DNA of 33,151 bases from a virus (IMGVR_UViG_3300020045_002431:1-33151); one strand, 5' to 3'; positions 16,382 to 24,932 are shown, numbered from the stretch's first letter. Translations and numbers: made by a program. The notes: a model not told the origin generated them from the sequence alone.

Positions 16382-16410
16382 TTGACAATACATGAATCGT
16401 CTCTTACAAT
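16382..16410 (+). promoter_or_regulatory. sigma70-like promoter, head of right arm
   Basis: TTGACA-17-TACAAT. Confidence 0.8.
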
Positions 16411-16445
16411 AGCTACATGCTTAACAAACACGAGGAGAAACAATC

Positions 16446-16619
16446 ATGAGATGCCCACACTGTGATTACCAGACAGGGTATGCTTGGACGGATAACAAAT
16501 TTACTGTAAAGGAAGAGTTCTGGGAACTCCCTGTGGAGTTAAAGCGGGAGGAGGCAGATGGTTGGAAGTATGTCAGCCTCTTCGCCTGCCCTTCATGCAA
16601 GAAAACTTTTATTGATTAA
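16446..16619 (+). CDS. small zinc-ribbon protein (57 aa)
   Basis: MRCPHC...ACPSCKKTFID*, GAGGAG RBS. Confidence 0.75.
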   Translation: MRCPHCDYQTGYAWTDNKFTVKEEFWELPVELKREEADGWKYVSLFACPSCKKTFID

Positions 16620-16629
16620 GGAGAAACAA

Positions 16630-17013
16630 ATGAAACAAGCAACGCTTAAACCATTCAACCTAGAACAAGCCATTACAGGGAAGCCTATTGTCTGCCGTGA
16701 TGGGACGCCTGCTAAGTTTTTGTATTATGATAAAGAGTTGAATATCTCCTGTCGAGTTGGAGCTGCTGTAGAGGGGCAACTCCGGGGATATTGTGAAAAC
16801 GGAAACTACTTTCCACACACATCCCCGACTGACTGTGACCTCTTCATGGCCTCAGAGAAGAAGCGTGGCTGGGTGAATGTTTATAAGCGTGGCAGTTACC
16901 ACGAGGAAGACCCCGCAACGTGTGGTGGCCGAGTGTTCTCCTCACAACAAGACGCTATTAAGAATGCAGTTGGCACACCACTTTCCACTATTGAAATTCA
17001 CTGGGAGGAATGA
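16630..17013 (+). CDS. hypothetical phage protein (PFNLE...RDG..AKF family)
   Basis: MKQATLKPFNLEQAITGKPIVCRDG...DLFM...GWVNVY; AAGGAG RBS. Confidence 0.8.
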   Translation: MKQATLKPFNLEQAITGKPIVCRDGTPAKFLYYDKELNISCRVGAAVEGQLRGYCENGNYFPHTSPTDCDLFMASEKKRGWVNVYKRGSYHEEDPATCGGRVFSSQQDAIKNAVGTPLSTIEIHWEE

Positions 17014-17014
17014 T

Positions 17015-17146
17015 ATGCTTTACCCAGAGAAGCTTTCAGAGGAAGATGCTTTGCAACTTAGGTTGCTCTATAGCGATCTGAGAGATCTTTGTACACAGCT
17101 TCCAATCACAATTATTTTAGGAGGTAAAGTTTATGAACAAAATTGA
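17015..17146 (+). CDS. small hypothetical protein (43 aa)
   Basis: MLYPEKLSEED..., GGAGG RBS. Confidence 0.55.
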   Translation: MLYPEKLSEEDALQLRLLYSDLRDLCTQLPITIILGGKVYEQN

Positions 17147-17285
17147 AATGCCTAATGTGAAGCAGCTTTCCGGCGAGACGGATTATCTGTACGAATGCCG
17201 TCTTGCAGCTATCCACTACCTTGGAAGCAAATGGATTCTTGCTACGAAGATGCAGAAACCTGATGTTGTGGCTTGGCGGGGGTGA
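17133..17285 (+). CDS. small hypothetical protein (50 aa)
   Basis: MNKIEMPNVK...AIHYLGSKWILA...RG*, AGGAGG RBS. Confidence 0.7.
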   Translation: MNKIEMPNVKQLSGETDYLYECRLAAIHYLGSKWILATKMQKPDVVAWRG

Positions 17286-17286
17286 T

Positions 17287-17514
17287 ATGCGAGATATAAT
17301 GCTCCACGGAGAACTGAAGCACAGTCTATGGGCATTGCTGAGCCCTGAAGACTTGTGGTGTTGTGTGGCGAGTGCAGGAGAAGCCGCCCATGCTCTGGAT
17401 ACTTGGGCCAAAGAAGCAGCAGAGCAAGTAGCACAGGAAAGCCTAGCAGAAGCCTTGAAGCCAAAGAACGATCCGTATTATCGTAAAGAGTCTCGTAAAG
17501 GGAAGCGATGGTAG
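17287..17514 (+). CDS. hypothetical protein
   Basis: MRDIMLHGELK...KGKRW; follows upstream stop. Confidence 0.6.
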   Translation: MRDIMLHGELKHSLWALLSPEDLWCCVASAGEAAHALDTWAKEAAEQVAQESLAEALKPKNDPYYRKESRKGKRW

Positions 17515-18011
17515 GACGTGTCTTCGCCACCTCCTATAAATGCCTTCTAGCACTGCTTATCCTCACGTTTAGCACGACTTTACAAGGGCCAAGCTATACC
17601 CCTAGCTTGAGGTATGCAAAGGGCCGTATAGTCCCTGTATCGCCCAAGGAAACACATTGCCTTGCAATGACTCTTCATTACGAAGCTGGCAATCAGGGCT
17701 ACGTAGGGCAGAAGGCTGTAGCAGATGTTGTGCTGAACAGGGCTAAGGCTTGGAATAAGAGTGTCTGTCAGGTGGTGTGGCAGCAAGGACAGTTCTCTTT
17801 CCTGAATGGGAAGAAGGTTGCTCTTAAGTTTCCACAGAAATACCTTACGTTAGCGAGGAACCTCTTGACAGAACATCACAATGGGCGTAGAATTGATTCC
17901 ACTAAAGGGAGCAAGTGGTTTTTCACTCTAGCGAGTGAAAATTACTTGACAAAGAAGCTGCAAGTGGTGGCTGTTATTGGGAACCATAAGTTTATGAGGG
18001 AGAAGACGTGA
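17508..18011 (+). CDS. SleB-like cell wall hydrolase (Hydrolase_2)
   Basis: CLAMTLHYEAGNQ...AVADVVLNR...VCQVVWQQGQFSF...IGNHKF; N-terminal hydrophobic segment. Confidence 0.88.
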   Translation: MVGRVFATSYKCLLALLILTFSTTLQGPSYTPSLRYAKGRIVPVSPKETHCLAMTLHYEAGNQGYVGQKAVADVVLNRAKAWNKSVCQVVWQQGQFSFLNGKKVALKFPQKYLTLARNLLTEHHNGRRIDSTKGSKWFFTLASENYLTKKLQVVAVIGNHKFMREKT

Positions 18012-18436
18012 TGCTCAGTAAAATGCTTTTGATTGCTACCAATGCACATGATGGGCAGCTTGACAAGGCTGGAAAGCCTTATATCCTGCATTGTTTGAAG
18101 GTGATGCACTATCTGAAGACGGATGATGAGGAGCTTATGTGCATGGGCATCGGCCACGATTTGTTTGAGGATACTAATGTGACGAGGGAAGACTTGCTCG
18201 CTGCGGGTATTTCTCAGCGTGTCGTTGATGGTATTTCCTGTGTGACAAAACAACGAGGAGAGTCCTACAAGGAGTATAAAGCTAAGGTGAAATCTAATGT
18301 AGATGCTATCAAGGTGAAGATGGCTGACCTTCGGCATAACTCTGATATTCGTAGGCTGAAGGGTGTCACGCAGAAGGACATTGAGCGGACTGTTCGCTAT
18401 CACGAGTTCTATCTTGAGTTGGAGGCTCTTGTATGA
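18008..18436 (+). CDS. HD-domain small alarmone hydrolase-like protein (SpoT/Mesh1-type)
   Basis: AHDGQLDKAGKPYILH...GHDLFEDT...VKMADLRHN. Confidence 0.88.
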   Translation: MMLSKMLLIATNAHDGQLDKAGKPYILHCLKVMHYLKTDDEELMCMGIGHDLFEDTNVTREDLLAAGISQRVVDGISCVTKQRGESYKEYKAKVKSNVDAIKVKMADLRHNSDIRRLKGVTQKDIERTVRYHEFYLELEALV

Positions 18437-18675
18437 TGTTCGTAGAGCCAGCTAAGCAGCCAGAGCCTGAACAGGAATCTCTCGTTGTACGCCTTCGCAA
18501 GCGTGCTGCTATTCGTAGGCAAATTCCTTCGAGGAAATCTGTTATGGAGGGGAAGCCTGATCGTATTGCTGATTTGTTGGAGGAGGCTGCTGATGAGGTT
18601 GAGTTCAAGAGTCGGGTGATTGAGGACGTGTTGAATGATCTGGATTTCTACAAGGAACAACTAAAGCGATTGTGA
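18433..18675 (+). CDS. hypothetical protein
   Basis: LVVRLRKRAAIRRQIPSRKSV.EGKPDRIADLLEEAADE; GGAGG RBS. Confidence 0.8.
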   Translation: MMFVEPAKQPEPEQESLVVRLRKRAAIRRQIPSRKSVMEGKPDRIADLLEEAADEVEFKSRVIEDVLNDLDFYKEQLKRL

Positions 18676-18699
18676 TGTGTCTATAAGCGGGAGGGATAA

Positions 18700-20457
18700 T
18701 TGAGCAAAGTTGATAGAGGTAAGTATGCCAAGAAATGCCAATGTCCACGGTGTGCTGAAAGAGGTGGCGATACGTCCAAAGACAACCTCCACTATTACGG
18801 AGAGGGCAAGGGCTCTTACTGCCACGTGTGTTTTTATACAGAGCCTTCTGACGATTGGCTTGCAGAGCACAAAGAGAATAAAACAGAAGAGGAGATTGAG
18901 GTGGCAACACGGGAACCAATTACAGATGAAGAGAACGAGCAGATTAAGGGCTACACAGGTGTAGATGGCAAGGGGTTTCGAGGTATCCGCAAAGAGATTA
19001 ATGCATTCTTCGGGGTGCGCTATCAGTACAACGAAGAAACTGGTGAGCCAATCAAGGAGTTTGTTCCTACGACAATTGACGGGAAACTTGTAGGGTATAA
19101 GACGCGGCTCTTTCCCAAGGACTTTAAGCACCCCATTGGCGCTGTGGGTAGAGAGTGTGACATGGTTGGGCAGTTTCGCTTCAAGAACCACACTCGCACA
19201 GTTATCATTGTCGGGGGTGAGATTAAGCAACGTGCGGCCTACCAGATGCTTCTGGATAATCAGAAGTCCCGTGGCAAAGATGATTATGAAACTGTAGCTG
19301 TAGTTTCTCCTACAACGGGAGAAACAGGTGCCCATCGGCAAGTTCAAGCACAGTATGAATTCTTCTCACAGTTTGCGAAGATTATTGTGTGCATGGATAG
19401 TGACGAAGCAGGTAAGAAAGCTAACGAGGATATTTGCAAGGTGCTGCCAGCAGGTAAGGGGCACATTATGAAGATGCGTTACAAGGACGCTGATGAGTAT
19501 ATCCGCCTTGGAAAAGAGCATGAGTTTATCGACGACTACTGGAAGTCCCGTCCTCACCTACCCACTGGCATTGTTGGGAGTGGAGAGTTGTACGATGCCG
19601 TAATTGAGGAGGCACTTCGCCCTAAGTTGCGCCTGCCCTCGTTTATGAAGACACTCAATCAGATGACGGCCGATGGCATTCCTCTAGGCACGGTAGGCGT
19701 AGTGAGTGCCTTTACAGGTCAGGCGAAGAGCACCATTGTCAATGAGTGTATCTATGACTGGATCTTTAGCAGTCCCTATAAAATGGGCGTGGTGAGTATG
19801 GAGCAGAACAAGGGACAGTATGGGGAGCTGATGTTGTCTCGCCACATCGGCGTTAAGCTTGGGAATCTTCCACAAGAAAGCAAACTGGAGGTTCTCCGTT
19901 CAGACCGCACTATCGAGATGCAGAAGGAACTCTTCTACAACGAAGACGGCTCAGACCGCTGGATGGTTGTGGATGATCGTGACGGGGACGTAGAAAGCCT
20001 TAAAGCAGCGATTGAGCAGCTTGTTATTGCCTGCGACTGCAAGGTTGTAGTGGTTGACACAATTTCTGACATGTTCGATGGCCTGTCTACCGATGAACAG
20101 GCTGTTCTTATGAAATGGCAGAAGAGTATTGTAAATCGCTATGATTGCTCTATCATCAATGTGTCTCACCAGCGCAAGACAGGCACAGGAGAAAAGGATG
20201 GTAGTGCAGGCGCGCTTGGAAATGAGAGCGGCCTTCATGGATCTTCTACACTTAGTAAATCTGCTGCGTGGATTCTTGTAGTTGGTCGTGACAAGGCTAA
20301 TGAAGATCCAATCATCCGTAACACAACTAACATGCTTCTTTTGAAGTGCCGTTGGTCGGGGCAAACAGGGCCAGCAGGTAAACTGTACTACGATAACTTA
20401 GTGCACAAGCTCTACGATTTTGATGAGTGGGCAGCGTCACAAAACACAGGCTTTTAA
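18700..20457 (+). CDS. T7 gp4-like DNA primase-helicase
   Basis: N-terminal Zn finger CPRC...CHVC; TOPRIM GGE...DSD...KDA; SF4 helicase Walker A AFTGQAKST, SMEQ, VVVD, VSHQRK, KCRWSGQTG. Confidence 0.95.
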   Translation: MSKVDRGKYAKKCQCPRCAERGGDTSKDNLHYYGEGKGSYCHVCFYTEPSDDWLAEHKENKTEEEIEVATREPITDEENEQIKGYTGVDGKGFRGIRKEINAFFGVRYQYNEETGEPIKEFVPTTIDGKLVGYKTRLFPKDFKHPIGAVGRECDMVGQFRFKNHTRTVIIVGGEIKQRAAYQMLLDNQKSRGKDDYETVAVVSPTTGETGAHRQVQAQYEFFSQFAKIIVCMDSDEAGKKANEDICKVLPAGKGHIMKMRYKDADEYIRLGKEHEFIDDYWKSRPHLPTGIVGSGELYDAVIEEALRPKLRLPSFMKTLNQMTADGIPLGTVGVVSAFTGQAKSTIVNECIYDWIFSSPYKMGVVSMEQNKGQYGELMLSRHIGVKLGNLPQESKLEVLRSDRTIEMQKELFYNEDGSDRWMVVDDRDGDVESLKAAIEQLVIACDCKVVVVDTISDMFDGLSTDEQAVLMKWQKSIVNRYDCSIINVSHQRKTGTGEKDGSAGALGNESGLHGSSTLSKSAAWILVVGRDKANEDPIIRNTTNMLLLKCRWSGQTGPAGKLYYDNLVHKLYDFDEWAASQNTGF

Positions 20458-20470
20458 CAAAGGAGAAAAC

Positions 20471-20683
20471 ATGAAACACTTGCCACTACTAACCCTCTGT
20501 GTTACACTACTATCCGCCTGCGGAGTAAATCTCTACCCGCAAGACTTCAACGCTGCTGAAGATAAATGTGGCAGCAATGAAGGGCTTACCCGGATTTGGA
20601 TTGAACGCTATAACGATACAAGCAATGTTATGTTCGTAAAATGTAACAATGGCGCTGAATTTACCCTGAAAGGAAAACTATAA
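20471..20683 (+). CDS. putative lipoprotein
   Basis: signal peptide with lipobox LSA-C; AAGGAG RBS. Confidence 0.75.
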   Translation: MKHLPLLTLCVTLLSACGVNLYPQDFNAAEDKCGSNEGLTRIWIERYNDTSNVMFVKCNNGAEFTLKGKL

Positions 20684-20684
20684 T

Positions 20685-20945
20685 ATGGACAGTCCTGTGA
20701 ATTTGTACAACCGCCAAGATCCCAACACACCAGAGAAGCTTCTGCTGGAACGCCTTGAGATTATTCTTCGGAAGGATTTTATTGGAGGGTATGAGCACAG
20801 TGCATGTGAAAATGCAGCCTTCGGCCCGTCTGAGAGTGAACTTGAAGACGCGTACTCTTTTGGGGCACAAGATGTCAAGGACTATTTGAGCGATGCTCTT
20901 GGGATTTATGCTTTTGAGCGTAATTTGTACAAGGAGGAAAATTAA
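20685..20945 (+). CDS. hypothetical protein
   Basis: 86 aa, AAGGA RBS. Confidence 0.75.
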   Translation: MDSPVNLYNRQDPNTPEKLLLERLEIILRKDFIGGYEHSACENAAFGPSESELEDAYSFGAQDVKDYLSDALGIYAFERNLYKEEN

Positions 20946-21118
20946 TGAACCTGATTAGCTGCGATAGTTGTGGTGTTGTTTTAGATAAGGATAAGCTGTA
21001 CTTCCCAGACGCTTATGCAGAGGATGAGAAGAAAAGTAAATCTGCCTACTGGAATGGTGAGAGGTATGTGTCATCTGTTCCTTGTCCAATTTGCGGTGAT
21101 CTGATTGCGGAGGCATAA
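20945..21118 (+). CDS. small zinc-ribbon protein (57 aa)
   Basis: MNLISCDSCG...VPCPICG...*, TAATG overlaps at both ends. Confidence 0.75.
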   Translation: MNLISCDSCGVVLDKDKLYFPDAYAEDEKKSKSAYWNGERYVSSVPCPICGDLIAEA

Positions 21119-21339
21119 TGAGTAGAGGTTATACGAGTGTAAATGAGCACACTGGACAGGTGATGAACAGCAAAGCTCTTAGTAAGCAAGGGGAGGAGAA
21201 TTATTCCTTTATCTTCGCTAAAATGTGTTGTCAATGCGGAGAGAAGATTCTCCACGAAGAGCCTACCTTGTACGAAGAAGACTATTACCACGAGGTTTGT
21301 CTTGAGGAAATGTTTCAGGAAGAGTTGGACAAGGCTTAG
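21118..21339 (+). CDS. small Cys/His zinc-finger-like protein
   Basis: CCQCGEKI...YHEVC. Confidence 0.65.
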   Translation: MSRGYTSVNEHTGQVMNSKALSKQGEENYSFIFAKMCCQCGEKILHEEPTLYEEDYYHEVCLEEMFQEELDKA

Positions 21340-21386
21340 TGGGTTGTGGTATAGTAAGGATTGATTTGGATAATGGGGAGGGTGTA

Positions 21387-23501
21387 ATGGGAGGTTTCTT
21401 GTTTGACGTTGAATCTGATGGACTATACTTACAGGGAACAAAGCTTTGGTATATCCGCCTGACTTCTCTCGACGGTAGCCGTACACTTGCAATTAAGCCC
21501 TTTCAGATTGGCAACGATCTTGCACGAGAACAATTTTGCGAATGGCTGCACTCCTTTGAAGACGGTTGCTATATTGTTTTTCACAATGGTCTAGGCTATG
21601 ATGCTTGGGCTATCTGGAAGCACCTCAATATTGTTCCTCGTGTTGGTAAGCAGGGTAAGGACTGGCTGGATGGTAAGCCTGTTCAGTATGTTGATACCTT
21701 CGTCCTCTCTATGTACCTGAACCCTAATTCACCTCTTCACTCTCTTGAGTTTCTTGCTCGTGGAAGTGAAGACGAGAAAATGGATTATCGTGCTGCCTTA
21801 GTGGAGGCTGGTGCAATGATCGGTAATGAACCTAAAGGCCATGAGTTCTCCTTCTGGCACCCTCTAATGGCTGCCTACTGTGATGATGACGTTACGGCCC
21901 TAGCAGGCGTGTTTAAGCGCCTCTGGAAGCAGGCTGAAGAGATGTACCCGGGCAAGTGGCTGCACCCATCTTTCCGCCAGATCCAGAAGGACTATTGGCT
22001 ATTCAGCGCACAGGCCTACACTGGTGTGAAGTTTAATCAGGATCGTGCTAAGGCATTGGTTGAACGAGTTGAGAAAGAGATGGCTGAGATTAAGGCTGTA
22101 GTTGATCCAATGCTCCCCCCTCGTCCATTGAAGTCTGCTGAACAAGCCTTCTATAAGATCCCCGCAAAGCCTTTCACAAAGTCTGGCGAATATTCTACGA
22201 CTATGGTTAAGTGGCTGGAGAAACATCAGGCAACAGTGGAGAATGGGATTATCTACGCCTACGGTCTGCAGGCACCCTTGGCAGCCAATGAGGTATTTCC
22301 TATCAAGCTTCCTATGGAGATTGAGGACAACGTAGAACTGAAAGACTATTTTATTCAGAACGGATGGAAGCCTGCTGATGACTTTTGGAACTTTAAGAAG
22401 GGGCCAGACAATAAACCCATTCGAGATGAGAAAGGTAAGCTAATTCGTACAACACCGAAGATACAGCATCAGGGGAACATCTGTCCAAACTTGTTGAGGA
22501 TTGAAGGCGAGATTCCTAAGAAGGTTGTTCGCTTCTTGTCTCTGCGGAATCGTAAGGGAGTTGTAGAAGGGTGGCTGAATAACTGGCGACTTCCATTTGA
22601 TGGGAGGTTGTCAGCAGAGATTAGTGGGTATGCGCCTACAAGCCGTGTCAAACACCGGACAGTTGTAAATTGTCCAAAGGCAGATATCAAGGTATTGCTT
22701 GGTGCAGAGATGAGGGATTTGTTTATTGTTGACGAGGGAAATTGGTATTGTGGCGTGGACGCTGCGGCATTAGAGAACAGGACATTATCACACTACACCT
22801 ACAAGTATGATGAGGGTAAATTTGCAGATATGAACCTGAATGGCGACATTCATAGCTTCAATGCGTTCGCTTTTTTCCCGCATATTGCTAAAAAGTTTGA
22901 TCCCGCCGACCCTTCTAACAAGGAAAATCCAGAGTTCAAACCTTTCCGTAATAGGGCTAAGACCGGGGCATACCTTCTCGCATTTGGCGGAGGGGCTGCA
23001 AAGCTCGCAAGCAGCTTAGGGTTGTCTACAAAAGAAGGAAAGTTTGCTTATGAAAACTACTGGAAGACGAATGAGGGGTTAGGAAAGCTCAAAGAGGCTG
23101 TAGAAAAATACTTTGACACGGTTGGAAAAGGCAAGTACATACCTGCATGCGATGGAAGACTTGTTTCTGTACGGGGTAAGAATGTTCTACTGTCCTGTCT
23201 TGGGCAGGGCTTGGGGGCAATTGCCATGAGCTATGCCTACTGCCTTATTGATAATTGGTTAGGAGATTTTCTACTCGATGATCTTGGTAGGCCGTATTAC
23301 ATATACCAAGGATTTGTTGTAAAACGTATTATGAGCCAGCACGACGAATACTCTTGGGAAGTTGAGAATGGCGCTCAAGATGTAATTAAAGAAATGGCAG
23401 AGAGGGCTATCGTAAAAGCAGGAGAATTATTGAAATTGTCAATAGCCCTCGCGGCGGAAGGAAAGATGGCTTTTAACGGTTCTTGGAAGGATGTTCACTG
23501 A
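21387..23501 (+). CDS. polA: family A DNA polymerase with 3'-5' exonuclease domain
   Basis: ExoI FDVESDG, ExoII HNGLGYD, ExoIII YCDDDV; motif A DAAALENR, motif B RNRAKTGAY, motif C HDE; ATG 21387 has GGAGG RBS (ORF open from 21339). Confidence 0.95.
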   Translation: MGGFLFDVESDGLYLQGTKLWYIRLTSLDGSRTLAIKPFQIGNDLAREQFCEWLHSFEDGCYIVFHNGLGYDAWAIWKHLNIVPRVGKQGKDWLDGKPVQYVDTFVLSMYLNPNSPLHSLEFLARGSEDEKMDYRAALVEAGAMIGNEPKGHEFSFWHPLMAAYCDDDVTALAGVFKRLWKQAEEMYPGKWLHPSFRQIQKDYWLFSAQAYTGVKFNQDRAKALVERVEKEMAEIKAVVDPMLPPRPLKSAEQAFYKIPAKPFTKSGEYSTTMVKWLEKHQATVENGIIYAYGLQAPLAANEVFPIKLPMEIEDNVELKDYFIQNGWKPADDFWNFKKGPDNKPIRDEKGKLIRTTPKIQHQGNICPNLLRIEGEIPKKVVRFLSLRNRKGVVEGWLNNWRLPFDGRLSAEISGYAPTSRVKHRTVVNCPKADIKVLLGAEMRDLFIVDEGNWYCGVDAAALENRTLSHYTYKYDEGKFADMNLNGDIHSFNAFAFFPHIAKKFDPADPSNKENPEFKPFRNRAKTGAYLLAFGGGAAKLASSLGLSTKEGKFAYENYWKTNEGLGKLKEAVEKYFDTVGKGKYIPACDGRLVSVRGKNVLLSCLGQGLGAIAMSYAYCLIDNWLGDFLLDDLGRPYYIYQGFVVKRIMSQHDEYSWEVENGAQDVIKEMAERAIVKAGELLKLSIALAAEGKMAFNGSWKDVH

Positions 23502-23511
23502 TAGGCGCATA

Positions 23512-23540
23512 TTGACAGCCAACTGGAAATGTGGTAACAT
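23512..23540 (+). promoter_or_regulatory. sigma70-like promoter for HNH gene
   Basis: TTGACA-17-TAACAT with TG extension. Confidence 0.7.
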
Positions 23541-23565
23541 GTTGGTTTAAGAACTTGGAGGAGAT

Positions 23566-24288
23566 ATGGCAGGACGAGCTGAGATAAAAGTAGAAGCTGG
23601 AGATAGCTACGGCCCCTTAGTTGTTATAGAGGAGCTACCAAAGGTACTTTTCCCCTGCGGGAAAACTGCGAGGAAATTTCAAGTGTTGTGTCACTGTGGA
23701 AATATATTTACAGCTCTGCTTAACGGGCTGCGCACTGGCCGCACACAGTCTTGTGGATGCTTGCAGCGAGAGTTGCAGAAGAAAAATAGTACAACGCACG
23801 GCCTTTCGGACTCTCCTTTGTACTCTGTGTGGACTTCGATGCGAACACGTTGCAGAAATCCTGCTGCAATCAACTATGAAAGATACGGAGGAAGGGGGAT
23901 AAGTATTTGCGACGAGTGGGAGACATTTGAGGGGTTCTTGAAAGATATGTACCCTAGTTACCAAGAAGGGCTTACACTAGAGCGCGTAGATGTCAATGGT
24001 AACTATTGCCCTGAAAACTGTACGTGGATACCTCCCCAGCAACAGCCTAGAAATACGAGGATGCACCGCTCAAACACAAGTGGTGTGACCGGAGTTTGTC
24101 TAGTGAATAATAAACGGAGCTGGCTTGCGCACTACACAAATGAGGCAGGAAAGCTAGTCACAAAATCATTCTCCATTACTAAGTACGGAAACGAAGAAGC
24201 GTTTAAAAGAGCCTGCGAGTGCAGGGAGATATGGGTAAAATCTCTAGTAGGAACAGACTTTGAATATGGACAGTTTCATGGACTATGA
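23566..24288 (+). CDS. free-standing HNH homing endonuclease with AP2-like domain (paralog of 12794..13540)
   Basis: CHCG...SCGC...YGGRGI...TLERVDVNGNYCPENCTW...NTSGVTGV...KSFSITKYG. Confidence 0.88.
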   Translation: MAGRAEIKVEAGDSYGPLVVIEELPKVLFPCGKTARKFQVLCHCGNIFTALLNGLRTGRTQSCGCLQRELQKKNSTTHGLSDSPLYSVWTSMRTRCRNPAAINYERYGGRGISICDEWETFEGFLKDMYPSYQEGLTLERVDVNGNYCPENCTWIPPQQQPRNTRMHRSNTSGVTGVCLVNNKRSWLAHYTNEAGKLVTKSFSITKYGNEEAFKRACECREIWVKSLVGTDFEYGQFHGL

Positions 24289-24931
24289 GGAGAATTTTCA
24301 CGAAGAAGGCTCGCCCTACGCGGGTCTCTCCTTGTCAAAACAACTTACCCTCTCAAAGTGGCGCAGGGGAAATCGAAAACCGCCGAAGATATGGGTTAAG
24401 ACTTTACACAAAGCTACAACACATGATTATGCTGCTTTGCTTAACCACTGCGTAAGCTCTCTAATCTGGTTAAGCGAGGCGGACGTTCAGTGTAGAATGG
24501 ATCGAATCAAGGTTCGTCTGAAGCTTCCATTCAATTACCGAAGCCACTACGGGAAGAAAAACGGCGCTAGGTTTCCGAGGCCTGTTATCTTGGCCTATTT
24601 TGACTGGTACACCCTCGTCGAAATGGATGTGAATGTTGTAGTAGATTATCTTTACGCCATAGGAGAATCTGCTTTTACCTCGAAGCAGTTACGGAAAGAG
24701 CTTTGGGCTATCAAGGGACAGATGGATAGGTGGCAGTTCTTGGAAGACTATTCTGTGCCTCTTTGTGTTGCAGAGTTTTTTGGGGAAGCTGTGTCTTCCG
24801 CTACTCTAGTGAAGGACAAGAGTAAAAAGGGCAGAAGGTCTTACAGAAAGTCTGGTCTCCACAAGAAGCCTAAACCTCCTGAAAATACTTCAGAGGAAAT
24901 GCTTGACAAGGTAGTAGAAGGTGATGTATAA
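24278..24931 (+). CDS. hypothetical protein
   Basis: about 217 aa open frame between HNH and SSB; start uncertain. Confidence 0.75.
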   Translation: MDYEENFHEEGSPYAGLSLSKQLTLSKWRRGNRKPPKIWVKTLHKATTHDYAALLNHCVSSLIWLSEADVQCRMDRIKVRLKLPFNYRSHYGKKNGARFPRPVILAYFDWYTLVEMDVNVVVDYLYAIGESAFTSKQLRKELWAIKGQMDRWQFLEDYSVPLCVAEFFGEAVSSATLVKDKSKKGRRSYRKSGLHKKPKPPENTSEEMLDKVVEGDV

Positions 24932-24932
24932 T
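24903..24932 (+). promoter_or_regulatory. consensus sigma70 promoter for ssb
   Basis: TTGACA-18-TATAAT. Confidence 0.75.

Noticed and set aside
15822-16443. ORFs 15822-16103, 15966-16238, 16003-16197 and 16249-16443
   Set aside because: No convincing RBS, mutually overlapping, no recognisable protein features; the region is better explained as structured RNA.
21387-24288. Intron or intein in the DNA polymerase associated with the downstream HNH
   Set aside because: The polymerase is continuous through motifs A, B, C and the terminal W..VH; the HNH lies after its stop.
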